A stretch of DNA of 64,000 bases, taken from NCBI GenBank assembly GCA_963925805.1, contig CAWUSE010000004.1:52467-116466 (forward strand). Direction: 5' to 3'. The notes under the pieces are model-generated. The model was not told where the DNA came from, ran no database searches, and saw only the letters and a program-made list of their open reading frames with translations. Below are positions 28,583 to 37,966 of the stretch, piece by piece. The translations under genes and the position numbers were made by a program. Position 1 is the first letter of the stretch. Each line of letters opens with the position of its first letter. Origin of the DNA: an uncultured Acidimicrobiales bacterium. GTDB lineage: Bacteria > Actinomycetota > Acidimicrobiia > Acidimicrobiales > UBA10347.

Positions 28583-29470
28583 TTAGCCAGCGAGTTCGCC
28601 CGAGGGCGCACACAGCGACTGGGTCGACGGGCTGAGCCCGGCACGTTCGGCTAAACTTTCCCAACCGTCGAAGCTCGGCGGAACGAAGATTGCCATCCAT
28701 TGTTCGCCAGGTCGGTCTGGGTCCACGAAACTGAAATCCAAGATGTCGATCTGGTTGCCGGCATAGCCAACGCTGCCCATAATTGCGGTCAAGGTCTCGC
28801 GGTCGACCGCGGCGCTAGAGGCAACGAAAGACTTGGACGGGTCATAACCAGACCCGGCTCCGAGCACACCGGTAAACTGGAGCGGGCAATTGGATGCGAG
28901 CACCGTGACGGGAGTGGCACAGCTTGCCCCAAAGCCGGCTTGGGTCAGTGCATTACGAATGCTTCCGGCCACGCCACCGACGCGAGCGCCTGCGTAGACC
29001 ACAAGCCGATCTAGTGCGCATTCGGCGTCGTCGACGCCACCGCCGGTGCCAAGAGCGCCGTTGGAGGTGGCGCTGTCGCTAGCCGGTGGCTTGGCGGGCG
29101 AGTCGATGTTTTCTGGGGCGCTTGCCTCATCGCTGGTTGTGTCATCGTTGGGTGTCGAATCAGCTGCGTCGGTCGCAGTGTTTTCAGCGTCAGTGCTGTC
29201 TGCATCGGTAGCGGGAAGGTCATCGGCGTCGATTACCTGGACAGGATCGGTTGCCCCGTCATTGGTTTCCAGAGAGTCAGCAGATTCGTTCTCGGCCGAC
29301 GCATCGGTTGGGTCTCCTTCGACCGGAATGATGTCTGCAGGTCGTAGTTCTGGGGCGACAGAGATCCCGCTACTGCCATCGCGAAACGATGCTCCAATGA
29401 GCGCTGCACATAAGACAATTGCCCCTGCAGCAACACCAGTAACAACTCGGCGCCAGGGGCTCAGCGTCAT
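28583..29470 (-). CDS. Membrane-anchored protein with a long acidic low-complexity linker and a Cys-containing C-terminal domain (possibly LytR_C-like)
   Basis: N-terminal TM helix (VVTGVAAGAIVLCAALIGA), about 120 aa D/T/S/A/E-rich linker, then a roughly 150-aa globular part (RLVVYAGARVGGVAGSIRNALTQAGF...). GGAGG lies 5 nt upstream of the ATG. Confidence 0.6.
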   Translation of the reverse strand: MTLSPWRRVVTGVAAGAIVLCAALIGASFRDGSSGISVAPELRPADIIPVEGDPTDASAENESADSLETNDGATDPVQVIDADDLPATDADSTDAENTATDAADSTPNDDTTSDEASAPENIDSPAKPPASDSATSNGALGTGGGVDDAECALDRLVVYAGARVGGVAGSIRNALTQAGFGASCATPVTVLASNCPLQFTGVLGAGSGYDPSKSFVASSAAVDRETLTAIMGSVGYAGNQIDILDFSFVDPDRPGEQWMAIFVPPSFDGWESLAERAGLSPSTQSLCAPSGELAG

Positions 29471-29503
29471 GACAACCTCCAGAGGTCCACGTCTTCATAG
29501 TAG

Positions 29504-30727
29504 GTGGGGGCCTACCATTGTGGGGTGACCCCCGAAACCCAGGACCGCAACCCGTATATTTCGATCGCTGCGCTCGTTGTTGTCATGGCCTTGGTGGCGG
29601 GCTTGGCTGCACGGTTTGGTATCAATAGTTTCGTCGCTGCCATCTGTGTAGCAATCGCCATGTCTGGCACCTGGGTGCTGTTATCGCCCCAAGTCGAAGT
29701 CCTTGAGTCGATGGGATCAGGCGAGGCCCGCTCAGATGCGGCGGGAGTCGCTGCGCCTGGAGCGGTGAGCGGATCGTCGGCCTTTGCTGGCAATGCTGAA
29801 CCATCTGTACGCGAGCGTCTGCGAAGCACGCCCAGCGTGGCTGTCGGTTTCGATACAGCTACCGCAGCACGTCCTGTGATGCCCAAACCGGCACGGGTGG
29901 ATTCATTCGACAGCGATGGCTTTGTCGAATCTGTTGCCCCGGTTAAGGCGCTGGGTCAGCTGCCGCAGGACGCACGTGCTCTGCACATCTCGACGACCGC
30001 GGAACCTTCTAGTCAAATGAGCGGTGCCTACACGCTCGGCCAGTTCGAGGTGCGGGCCTCGAGTCGCAGCGGGTCGAGCCAGGCGGGCTTGAACGACTTC
30101 CGACAGGACGACTGTGTCGTTACGAGCGCCGCAAACGGTCGTTACTTGGTGGTGGTGGTGGCTGATGGCCAGGGCGCCTCCGAAAACGCACATTACGGCT
30201 CGTACTGGTCATGCCGGTTGCTTGCCCAGGCCATCGACCAGCATCTGAGCGATGGCGTGCCGGGCATCGAAAAAATGCTCGAGCGAACGCGCGATGAACT
30301 TCAACAACTCTTTGACATGAACTTCACCGATGGGACCAAGATGCGGACCATTGCAACGGCCTTGGTTGGTCTGATCGCACCTATCGATGGCGGCCCAGCG
30401 GCGGGTTTCCGGGTGGGCAACGGTGACCTGTTGGTAGCGGGAGCCGACGGATGGACCTCGGTGTTCGGCACGCCACCAACCGAAGCCGTGTTCCCTCGCT
30501 CAATTGAAGCCGATGTTGCACCGCTTGAGTTCGATAACGGCTGCTTGCTGTTGGCAACCAATGGCATCGCTGGCCCAATGACCGCCAACGATGGCGTGGC
30601 GATGTCATTGGTTGAAGGTCTCCAGGCGCCCGTGTCCGAAGTCGAGTTCGATCAGCTGCTGTCGTTTCCGCTTGAAGAAGAGGGTGACGACCGCACCGCT
30701 GTTGGCATCTGGTTCTCTCAAAAATAA
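29504..30727 (+). CDS. Membrane protein with a C-terminal PP2C-like (PF13672-type) domain
   Basis: Two N-terminal TM helices, a disordered Ala/Ser/Pro linker, then YLVVVVADGQGASENAHYGSYWSCRLLAQAI...ATALVGLI...GNGDLLV, resembling the PP2C_2 family. The exact start is uncertain (GTG 29504 or 29525). Confidence 0.6.
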   Translation: MGAYHCGVTPETQDRNPYISIAALVVVMALVAGLAARFGINSFVAAICVAIAMSGTWVLLSPQVEVLESMGSGEARSDAAGVAAPGAVSGSSAFAGNAEPSVRERLRSTPSVAVGFDTATAARPVMPKPARVDSFDSDGFVESVAPVKALGQLPQDARALHISTTAEPSSQMSGAYTLGQFEVRASSRSGSSQAGLNDFRQDDCVVTSAANGRYLVVVVADGQGASENAHYGSYWSCRLLAQAIDQHLSDGVPGIEKMLERTRDELQQLFDMNFTDGTKMRTIATALVGLIAPIDGGPAAGFRVGNGDLLVAGADGWTSVFGTPPTEAVFPRSIEADVAPLEFDNGCLLLATNGIAGPMTANDGVAMSLVEGLQAPVSEVEFDQLLSFPLEEEGDDRTAVGIWFSQK

Positions 30728-30737
30728 AACGTAGGGT

Positions 30738-30758
30738 GTCAGTGAGCTGCTCGCTGAC
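30738..30758 (+). terminator. Candidate terminator hairpin between convergent genes
   Basis: GUCAGUGAG-CUG-CUCGCUGAC forms a 9-bp stem (one G.U pair on the plus-strand RNA) with a 3-nt loop, 11 nt after the PP2C-like stop. There is no strong U-tract. Confidence 0.35.
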
Positions 30759-30776
30759 GTCACAAAATTTGAGCTG

Positions 30777-31043
30777 TTAGCTGGCTTGGCGAAGGGTCTC
30801 GCGGCAGGGGACCTTACGAAGCGGCGTGATGGCGTCGCGATTTCCGGTTTCAAGACAGTGCGCCAGGCTGTGGATGCGTTCACTCGCCGTTGTCTTGTGG
30901 AAGTTGGGCAACAACGCATGCGCTGCCGCTGCAAGCCCGGCACCCAAAAGCTGCCGACTTACCGAAATAGCCACCATGAAATGCTCGGCGTAGGACTCGC
31001 CGGTTGACTCGGGGTGCTCGGTGAAATAGCTCTTGACTGCCAT
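30777..31043 (-). CDS. Small conserved hypothetical protein (DUF6356-like)
   Basis: FTEHPESTGESYAEHFMVAISVSRQLLGAGLAAAAHALLP matches my memory of a small family with F.EHP.S.GE.Y..H...A. Start at ATG 31043; upstream sequence is AT-rich non-coding. Confidence 0.5.
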   Translation of the reverse strand: MAVKSYFTEHPESTGESYAEHFMVAISVSRQLLGAGLAAAAHALLPNFHKTTASERIHSLAHCLETGNRDAITPLRKVPCRETLRQAS

Positions 31044-31085
31044 GATGAAAGAGTAGGCCAGATCACTGAAGAAGATCTCCGCAAA

Positions 31086-31147
31086 TATTGCAGAGATATG
31101 GGTAATTAATGACACAAAATGTGACATAAAGGCTTCTATCTGCAATA
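31086..31147. promoter_or_regulatory. AT-rich divergent promoter region with an inverted repeat; candidate Lrp/AsnC binding region
   Basis: 9-bp arms TATTGCAGA (31086-31094) and TCTGCAATA (31139-31147) flank a 44-bp AT-rich spacer containing ATGACAC/GTGACAT half-sites. It sits directly upstream of the Lrp-family gene. Confidence 0.35.
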
Positions 31148-31157
31148 ATAATCTATT

Positions 31158-31625
31158 GTGGACCTAGTTGATCGGGAAATAGTGCAATTGCTGCAGGAGG
31201 ACGCCAGTCTGACGGCGCGAGAGCTAGCAGAACATGTTGGGCTCACGCCAACACCGTGCTGGCGGCGCGTTCAGAACCTGGAAGCCGCTGGTGTCATCAC
31301 GAAACGCGTTGCCCTAGTCGATCCGGCAGCGGTCAATTTGAATGTCACTGCGCTAGTACAGATCCGCACCAACGATCACAGTGCGGAATGGCTCGGACAG
31401 TTCCAGGTCGCAGTAGAACAGTTTCCTGAGGTTGTCGAGGCATATCGGACTAGCGGCGAAATCGACTACATGCTGCGGGTAGTTGTCCCTTCGATCGAGG
31501 CCTACGATCAGTTCTACAAAAGTCTGATCGACGCTGTCGACCTCTATGACGTGCGCACGATTTTCGTCATGGAACGCATGAAACAGACGACTGCGTTGCC
31601 GCTGCACTATTTGGACGCAGACTGA
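31158..31625 (+). CDS. Lrp/AsnC-family transcriptional regulator
   Basis: N-terminal HTH (DREIVQLLQEDASLTARELAEHVGLTPTPCWRRVQNLEAAGVI) and a C-terminal RAM/AsnC_trans_reg domain. Confidence 0.9.
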   Translation: MDLVDREIVQLLQEDASLTARELAEHVGLTPTPCWRRVQNLEAAGVITKRVALVDPAAVNLNVTALVQIRTNDHSAEWLGQFQVAVEQFPEVVEAYRTSGEIDYMLRVVVPSIEAYDQFYKSLIDAVDLYDVRTIFVMERMKQTTALPLHYLDAD

Positions 31626-31664
31626 AACTCTCCTCAGGACTCTTTCGTCGCGTTTGTCGTCCGT

Positions 31665-32123
31665 CTACAGACTTGGGCGCTCGAATGGCTTCGTTAGCGG
31701 CCAGCCAGCATCGCTGGGCCCGTGTTCGGCCATGTAGCTGAGGCGTTTTATCGCATTTTTTAGCGTGGGAATCTCGCCTTCAGGGATCCACCACAGAACC
31801 GTGATTGGCTGATTGGGGACCTGGAACCATTCGGTGCGGCGGCGTAAATAGCTGGCATGGCCACTCTGATACATGAAGTGTCTGAGCGATTCAAGGTCGG
31901 TCCATATCGACATGTTCGGTGCCCATAACGGATTGTCCATATCTGGGACGTCAATGAAACTGGAGGAGCCGCCTTGGTCGTCCTTGAGGCGCCAGACAAA
32001 ACCTGGCGTACTTTCTGCAAGCGCATTGATGGGGTCAAGGGCCGCTACAAACTCAGCCATCTCGTCGGCGTCGAGCGGGGCAACAAACAGTCCGAGGTTG
32101 AGTTGGGCCAGGTAGTAGCTCAT
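31665..32123 (-). CDS. DUF3291 domain protein
   Basis: YYLAQLNLG......D...M.EFV.ALDPIN.LAE.TPGFVWRL is the family N-terminus. ATG at 32123. Confidence 0.7.
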   Translation of the reverse strand: MSYYLAQLNLGLFVAPLDADEMAEFVAALDPINALAESTPGFVWRLKDDQGGSSSFIDVPDMDNPLWAPNMSIWTDLESLRHFMYQSGHASYLRRRTEWFQVPNQPITVLWWIPEGEIPTLKNAIKRLSYMAEHGPSDAGWPLTKPFERPSL

Positions 32124-32444
32124 CGAAGTGAACGTTAGTGGCGCGCTCAGCAACTGGCGTCCGCGTATCGATTCGCTCGATATGGACGTGTTCGATGCCT
32201 ATGAACTTTGCAACTCCCGGGACTTGTCGGGATCGACACAGATGTCAAGGCGTATGCGCAACAGCGGTTAGCGACCTAATGGGCAGTACGGCAAGATCCT
32301 GGTCTCGGTGCAGAAGTAGTTACTACTGCGATCACAGCGTCACCGCCGATGCATTCGCGTTCATGAACAAGTGGGCATAACAAAGGGCCCATCGTGCCGT
32401 GATAGAGCGAAGCGGGTGCTTGCAGGGCAGTTCCGGTTGCCCAA

Positions 32445-33167
32445 TCAGGAAGGCAGCACAATGATGGCTTCGTGCTCGATCGTTGCGATCGGCTGGTCGG
32501 CGGCGAAGATTCGTATATCAACGAGTGCGCGCTCGCCGGCCCGCGACTCAAACCGGTCCAGCAGATTTGATTCGATCCTGATCTGGGCCCCAATGGGGGC
32601 TAGGCCCTCATGGTAGATCTTGCTACGTACATGGATCCATGGCCCCGTGACCAGGTTGTCGATGAATACGCGGTTAGCCAGATCGACCCATGTCACCGGA
32701 TGGGCGATGTTCTGTTCGGCATAGAGCGACAGATCGTCGCCACACCGCAGGCCATAGTCAATGTGCGCTTCGCTGAGGTGCACGTTTAGGGGCTTCAACG
32801 GGTCGCCACTGCGAATTGCTGGCGCGTCGGCTTGTTTCCAGAGTCGCAATGATGAGCGGGCATCACCGTCGACAGTTGCGCTGACAACAGGGTCGCCGTC
32901 GTCGGTGCTGATCACACAATCGACAAGGTCATCGTCGAAGATCGGCCGACGCAACTGCAGTTCGCCGCCGCCGCCACTGAGCCAATCGGGACCCCAGGCC
33001 GCTGCTGGGGGGTGGGTCATGTAGGCATAGATCGTCGCGCCCGCCACCAATGCGCCAGGGAAGCCGGCGGCACGGGCCCCTTCGTCAGTGTGTATGAGGT
33101 TGTTGGCATGGTCGGGCAGATTGATGGCCCTGGTTGACCAGTGGGTGAGTTCGGTATCAGTCGTCAT
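32445..33167 (-). CDS. MaoC-like/hot-dog-fold dehydratase-family protein (double hot-dog)
   Basis: N-terminal N.IHTDE..A...GF.G.LV.G motif and a second hot-dog-like half. Low-specificity call. Confidence 0.6.
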   Translation of the reverse strand: MTTDTELTHWSTRAINLPDHANNLIHTDEGARAAGFPGALVAGATIYAYMTHPPAAAWGPDWLSGGGGELQLRRPIFDDDLVDCVISTDDGDPVVSATVDGDARSSLRLWKQADAPAIRSGDPLKPLNVHLSEAHIDYGLRCGDDLSLYAEQNIAHPVTWVDLANRVFIDNLVTGPWIHVRSKIYHEGLAPIGAQIRIESNLLDRFESRAGERALVDIRIFAADQPIATIEHEAIIVLPS

Positions 33168-33442
33168 GGCGTGGCCTTTCTTGTCGCGACCCTAAGTCGC
33201 CGTGTTGTTGAGGCAGAAAATTTGGCATTTGTGTCTGAGAGTGACACCGTCCTTCACGGCTTCCATGCTCTGGCCCCGATAATACGCTGAAGCCGTACGT
33301 GGTGAGCGATGGTCCACGTGCGCGAACGCCTTAGATTCGGGCGGGTCGGCCTCGGCTAAGTTGTTGCCGCGCCGGCTGGTTTGTGCAGCTGTCTCGACAC
33401 ATCTGACGATTGTGGGTGTGGACCGAAGGCCTAGGGACTTGA

Positions 33443-34417
33443 TCAGGTGACGATCGCCGGCAAGATGTCGAGCCCGAGCAGGTAGAGCACACCCAACCCG
33501 ATACTCATCAAGCTGACCACAACGGCGAGCGTGGCATAGATAAGAAAATTTCGTTCGGCCTGTAGCAGCCCGGCGCCGGCCAGCGAGGCAATCGCTGCAT
33601 TGGCGACGATCAATCCAACGACCCAGACGGCGAGCAAAAACAGACCGAACGACACACCGACCGCAGCGGTAGAGGCCACGAAGATCGCGATCTGAGTTGG
33701 ACTTTCGACACCAACACCGTGCAACATGCCAATGCCCACGGCACTGCCATTGCCATAGCGGGCAGTTGCGTCGGTTGGCAGCGCAAGCTGATGGCTGTGG
33801 CTGTGGCTGTGTCCGTGGCTGTGTCCGTGGCGCAGTCGGTGACGTGCTGATCGCCAGCCTGTCAAGGCCGGAACAGGTTCTGCCACAAGCGATGCATCCG
33901 ACCTTGTGTGGGCATGGTCATGGTCATGGTCATGGCGGGCAGCGTGAGCTTGGGCAGCGATTGGTTCATGTTCGTGGTCGTGCTGGTGTTCGACCTCGAT
34001 TGTTCGCCCGCCGGTTGTTGCACCCCGAACCTTGCGTATGCCTGTGAAGGTGCCGTTGATCATCAGCATCCAGCGGCTGCGTAGTCGGAAATCGCGACCC
34101 TTGCGGAGGAGCTCAAGCAGAATCCATCCGCCGAGCGCAATGAGCGTGATGCCGACGACCCTGCCCATCCATGCGTCGAAACTGTCGGGAATAGCGAGAC
34201 CAAACGCAATTGCGATCGCGCCAAGCGTGAATACAACGGCGCCATGCCCGAGCGCGTAGAGCATCGATAGTGCGAAACCACGTCGACGACTTTCGGCGGT
34301 GCCGCTCAAATCAGCGATTGCGGCAATGTGGTCCCAGTCGAAGCCGTGACGCAAGCCAAGCGTGAACGACGTCAGTAGTAGCCCCAAAGACACACCTTCG
34401 TCTATCCGAGCATGCAC
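33443..34417 (-). CDS. Nickel/cobalt efflux transporter (RcnA/NicO family) with a His-rich cytoplasmic loop
   Basis: LGLRHGFDWDHIAAI signature, multiple TM helices, and a central loop EVEHQHDHEHE...HDHDHDHAH...HGHSHGHSHSHSH. Confidence 0.8.
   Translation of the reverse strand: MHARIDEGVSLGLLLTSFTLGLRHGFDWDHIAAIADLSGTAESRRRGFALSMLYALGHGAVVFTLGAIAIAFGLAIPDSFDAWMGRVVGITLIALGGWILLELLRKGRDFRLRSRWMLMINGTFTGIRKVRGATTGGRTIEVEHQHDHEHEPIAAQAHAARHDHDHDHAHTRSDASLVAEPVPALTGWRSARHRLRHGHSHGHSHSHSHQLALPTDATARYGNGSAVGIGMLHGVGVESPTQIAIFVASTAAVGVSFGLFLLAVWVVGLIVANAAIASLAGAGLLQAERNFLIYATLAVVVSLMSIGLGVLYLLGLDILPAIVT
33791..33935 (-). repeat. His-codon microsatellite-like tracts inside the exporter loop
   Basis: (GTGGCT/GTGTCC)n at 33791-33832 and (CATGGT)3 at 33913-33935. 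On the coding strand they encode HS/HG and HD repeats. Confidence 0.8.
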
Positions 34418-34490
34418 CGCGGGCGCAACCTAAGACCAGAATCATCGTGGACATAGGAGCCGAGGGGTGCGGGGCCGCTAAGTTTCGACA

Positions 34491-35267
34491 ATGGCTTGGA
34501 CCTCGACTGACTTCACGCTGGACTGCGATATGACCGGCACGGTGCATGCGGTTTCGGTCACCACACCGTTTCGTTACGAGTCGATGGAATCCGCACCGCT
34601 GATCTTGTGTCTTGACGGGGCATGGACAGCTGGCACCATGCGCGACGCCACCCGCATCATGTCGATGAGTGGCGAGTCGCCCGAGGCGATCGTGGCCGGC
34701 CTCTCTTTCACCGATGACTCGATGGGCGATTACCTGCGCAGTCGAGCACGTTGGTTCTGTCCGACCGAATGGGTGCCGCCAGAGGTCACGGGCGTGAAGG
34801 GTATCCAGGCCGAAGACACCGGTAAAGCGCTCATCTACTTGGCCTTCATTCGAGACCAGGTGCTGCCGCGTTTACGCCAGGATTGGCGGGTCTCAGAGAC
34901 CTGGCTCGTCGGGCATAGTTTCAGTGGCCTGTTCGGTCTTCGAGTGCTCTTTAGCGAACCCGAGCTCTTTGACAAGTACCTGCTGGCGAGTCCGTCGATT
35001 TGGTGGGACGGTCGCACGATGCTCGATATCGAATCGGGGTTCTCTGCTGAGAACGATGATCTTGTGGCCAGGGTGTTCCTGAGTGCTGGCCAGGCCGAGG
35101 ACCTGCTCGAAGGCTTCAATATGTGCGGCAACGTCGTCGAGATGGCAAGTCGGCTAGAGAGCCGCAACTATTCGAGCCTAAATCTCACCCACGCGATCTT
35201 GCCGAGTGAGTCTCACAGCTCTACGATCGGCGCTGCGATCAGTCGCGGCCTACGCCACCTGCTCTGA
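34491..35267 (+). CDS. Alpha/beta hydrolase, 'putative esterase' (IroE/Fes-like) family
   Basis: Nucleophile elbow GHSFSGLFG, and a C-terminal His in ESHSS. Confidence 0.75.
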   Translation: MAWTSTDFTLDCDMTGTVHAVSVTTPFRYESMESAPLILCLDGAWTAGTMRDATRIMSMSGESPEAIVAGLSFTDDSMGDYLRSRARWFCPTEWVPPEVTGVKGIQAEDTGKALIYLAFIRDQVLPRLRQDWRVSETWLVGHSFSGLFGLRVLFSEPELFDKYLLASPSIWWDGRTMLDIESGFSAENDDLVARVFLSAGQAEDLLEGFNMCGNVVEMASRLESRNYSSLNLTHAILPSESHSSTIGAAISRGLRHLL

Positions 35268-35476
35268 CGAGACCTCAGCGGCGTCCGCGCCTGGTGTCGG
35301 ACCCAAGTCGCTGTAATCTCGACAGTAACCGCCTACTCGAGAACGACCGATCCGGTTCGGCCTCGAAAGTCATTTTTGCACGATGACCACCATCGGGTAT
35401 CGGCCGCAGCGAGAAGTTTGTTTCGTTGGACCGATCGTTAATAGCGGCTCGGAGCCAGGACGAGTAGAAGAGCGAA

Positions 35477-35513
35477 AAGTAGGCCAGAGAGGAGACAAGT
35501 AGGCCAGAGAGGA
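35477..35513. repeat. Tandem duplication with a 20-bp period
   Basis: AAGTAGGCCAGAGAGGA-GAC-AAGTAGGCCAGAGAGGA within a 414-bp gap. Confidence 0.9.
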
Positions 35514-35681
35514 ACAGTACCCTCTTGTTTGGCCGGACTTTTGGCGACGCTGCGCAACGACACAGAGCGTCCTGCTCTCGGTAGCGATGCAGCAATAGAT
35601 GCGATCATGTGTTGGGGACCCGAGGACGTTTGTTCTCGAGATGCGTCGAATCTGTTTCGGGTGTGGAGCTAGGGTCGGCAG

Positions 35682-36515
35682 ATGATTCAGATCAGCGAAG
35701 GCACGGCTCGAAACGGCGACATCGAGTTGCCATGGATCCGAACTGGCACCGGCAGTGGTGAGCCTTTGCTGCTGGTGAATGGACTTAGCAGTCCCCGGGT
35801 GTCCTACGAAGATGGTTTGGTTGCCGAGTTCAACAACCTCGGGTTCGACGTTGTTCGCTTCGATAACCGTGATGCAGGCCGAGCCACGTCGACCAACGGT
35901 GGTTACCTGCTTGCTGACCAGGCCGATGATGCAATTGCTGTCATCGACGCTGTTGGATGGAACACTGCGCACGTGTTCGGCATGTCTATGGGCGGCATGA
36001 TCGTGCAACAACTTGGTATTGATCATGCCAGCCGACTGCGTTCCATAACCTCGCTTATGTCCAGCACGGGTAATCCGAAGTTTGGCAGTGCGACCAAGGA
36101 AGCGCAGGCGGCTTTGCTTACACCGTCGCCCACCGAGCGCGAAGCATGGATTGATCAGCGGGTTGCCACTGAACAGATCTGGGCCTCTCCTGATCACTGG
36201 ACCGAAGCGGGGAGTCGGGCCAAGAGCGCTCTGATGTTCGACTACGGGGTGCAGCCTCGACGCACCGTGCATCAGTTCAAAGCCATGGTGAAGTCACCCC
36301 GGCGAGAAGATGCACTGCGCGAGGTCCATGTCCCAACGTTGGTCATGCACGGAACTGCGGACACGCTGATCACGCCACCCGGCGGCGTCCGAACCGCCGA
36401 GATCATGCCGAACGCCACGTTCGTCGCACTCGAAGGTATGGGTCATGATTTGCCGGAGTTCTACTGGCCGATCATTGCTGGCCATGTTGGCGACCTCGCC
36501 GGAAGTATCGACTAA
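35682..36515 (+). CDS. Alpha/beta hydrolase
   Basis: LLLVNG, nucleophile elbow FGMSMGG, and C-terminal GMGHDLP. Confidence 0.85.
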   Translation: MIQISEGTARNGDIELPWIRTGTGSGEPLLLVNGLSSPRVSYEDGLVAEFNNLGFDVVRFDNRDAGRATSTNGGYLLADQADDAIAVIDAVGWNTAHVFGMSMGGMIVQQLGIDHASRLRSITSLMSSTGNPKFGSATKEAQAALLTPSPTEREAWIDQRVATEQIWASPDHWTEAGSRAKSALMFDYGVQPRRTVHQFKAMVKSPRREDALREVHVPTLVMHGTADTLITPPGGVRTAEIMPNATFVALEGMGHDLPEFYWPIIAGHVGDLAGSID

Positions 36516-36852
36516 GCGCATCTGTGAACCGAGCGCCGAGAGTCTGTGCGAACTGAAGCATCTAGCTCTGGGAACTAGAGCGGGTCGCCACCAGCCGCGG
36601 TGGGTGATCGGTAGTCTTTGGACATGACCGGTTTCTTCACGAGCGTCCCTCGCTCAGATCGCTCACGACGGTCCCGAATCTGACAACCCGCTTGTCTTTC
36701 GTTGATAGGACGCCGACGGTATCCTTCGAGAAACTCAGCACCCGGCATTTTGCTTCCACGGCGTGGACATCTCACCGACTCGATGGCGATGACCCTGTGT
36801 TGTGGGGCAGGACTGAGGACTGCCCGCGTACCTGGCAGAGGTTCAGCTGAGC

Positions 36853-37851
36853 TCAGACCTCGCCGGCGAGTGCTCGGGCCAGGAATGCTTCTTCGTCGGC
36901 CACCCAGCGTTGTGACATGGGATGGTCGGTGACAAAGTTTTGTGAGGCATGGAAGGCACCTGGATACACATGCAGCTCACATGACACACCCGCTCGATTG
37001 AGAGCGGTGGCATAGGCAATGTTCTCATCGTGGAACATGTCCATCGTGCCGACATTTATGTGCGCTGGTGGAAGACCGCTTAGGTCTTCACAGGTTGATG
37101 GCGAGCTGTAAATGGTAGGTTCCTGGCCGCCTAAATAGTGCTCCCACGCAAGTAGGTTCGCGGAACGGTTCCACACCCGTGTATCGACGATGGCATAGCT
37201 GCTGTCGGTCGTGTTGCTGTGGTCGAGCATGGGAAACACGAGCAGCTGGGCAGATGGCTGCGGCCCGCCCTGGTCGCGAGCGAACAGAGCGGTTCCGGCG
37301 GCCAGGCCGCCACCAGCACTCGCGCCACCGATCACAATGCGACCGGCATCGATACCGAGCGAGTTGGCGTTGCTCGCCACATGGTGGAACGCTGCGTAAC
37401 AATCGTTGACAAGTCCCGGTGCTGGTGTTTCCGGGGCCAAGCGGTAGTCGACCGAGGCCACCAGGCAGTTGTGGCTCGCAGCTCTCGATGCGCACTGGAA
37501 ATCGTCGTTGTCGGCTGTCAGCAAGACCATGCCACCGCCATGAATCCACAGAAGAGCAGGAGACCCGGCAGGCACACCATTGGGGGCATACAGCTTGACT
37601 CGCACGTCCGGATCGCCATCGATGCCGGGCACGAGCACTTCGGAGATTGACACGTTTGCGGGCATTGGTAGCTCGGGCCTAGTGCCGAGAACTATGTCGA
37701 GCTGGGCGCGGCAGGCGGCCAAATCTGTCAGATCCATCAACGACGGTGGCAGCGCCGACAGCACCGCTGCATGCATCTCGTCGAGGGCTGTTTCCAGATT
37801 GATGGGGTTGCTCATAGTCCGATGCTCTACCACGTAGGGTCCGTCGTGCAA
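36853..37851 (-). CDS. Alpha/beta hydrolase, hormone-sensitive-lipase-like esterase
   Basis: Oxyanion HGGG (LLWIHGGGMV), nucleophile elbow GGASAGGGLA, and catalytic His in AFHA. Confidence 0.85.
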   Translation of the reverse strand: MHDGPYVVEHRTMSNPINLETALDEMHAAVLSALPPSLMDLTDLAACRAQLDIVLGTRPELPMPANVSISEVLVPGIDGDPDVRVKLYAPNGVPAGSPALLWIHGGGMVLLTADNDDFQCASRAASHNCLVASVDYRLAPETPAPGLVNDCYAAFHHVASNANSLGIDAGRIVIGGASAGGGLAAGTALFARDQGGPQPSAQLLVFPMLDHSNTTDSSYAIVDTRVWNRSANLLAWEHYLGGQEPTIYSSPSTCEDLSGLPPAHINVGTMDMFHDENIAYATALNRAGVSCELHVYPGAFHASQNFVTDHPMSQRWVADEEAFLARALAGEV

Positions 37852-37966
37852 CTCAGCGATCTAGGACAAGGCAGAGCGCTCGGTTGCACAACGGCTGAGT
37901 CCTGCTGCCGAGGCCCTGAAGCGACGCAGCGTCAAGCGTTCGTTCGGATGCAAGAATGGGTGCTCG

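Noticed and set aside
33786-33940. Short tandem repeats that might suggest a CRISPR-like or minisatellite array
   Set aside because: They are in-frame His-Asp, His-Gly and His-Ser codon repeats inside the Ni/Co exporter loop. There are no spacers and no cas genes.
34418-34490. NiCo (czcD-motif) riboswitch upstream of the Ni/Co exporter
   Set aside because: Only about 73 nt separate the exporter start from the divergent esterase gene, which is too short for that element. No conserved core was recognised.
35370-36272. 300-aa minus-strand ORF, and similar long antisense ORFs (e.g. 12158-12814, 44154-44831, 59751-60437, 62476-63162, 38296-38838)
   Set aside because: They are shadow ORFs opposite well-supported genes in GC-rich DNA. 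They have Arg/Ala/Pro/Ser-biased, family-less translations, while the opposite strand carries clear catalytic motifs.
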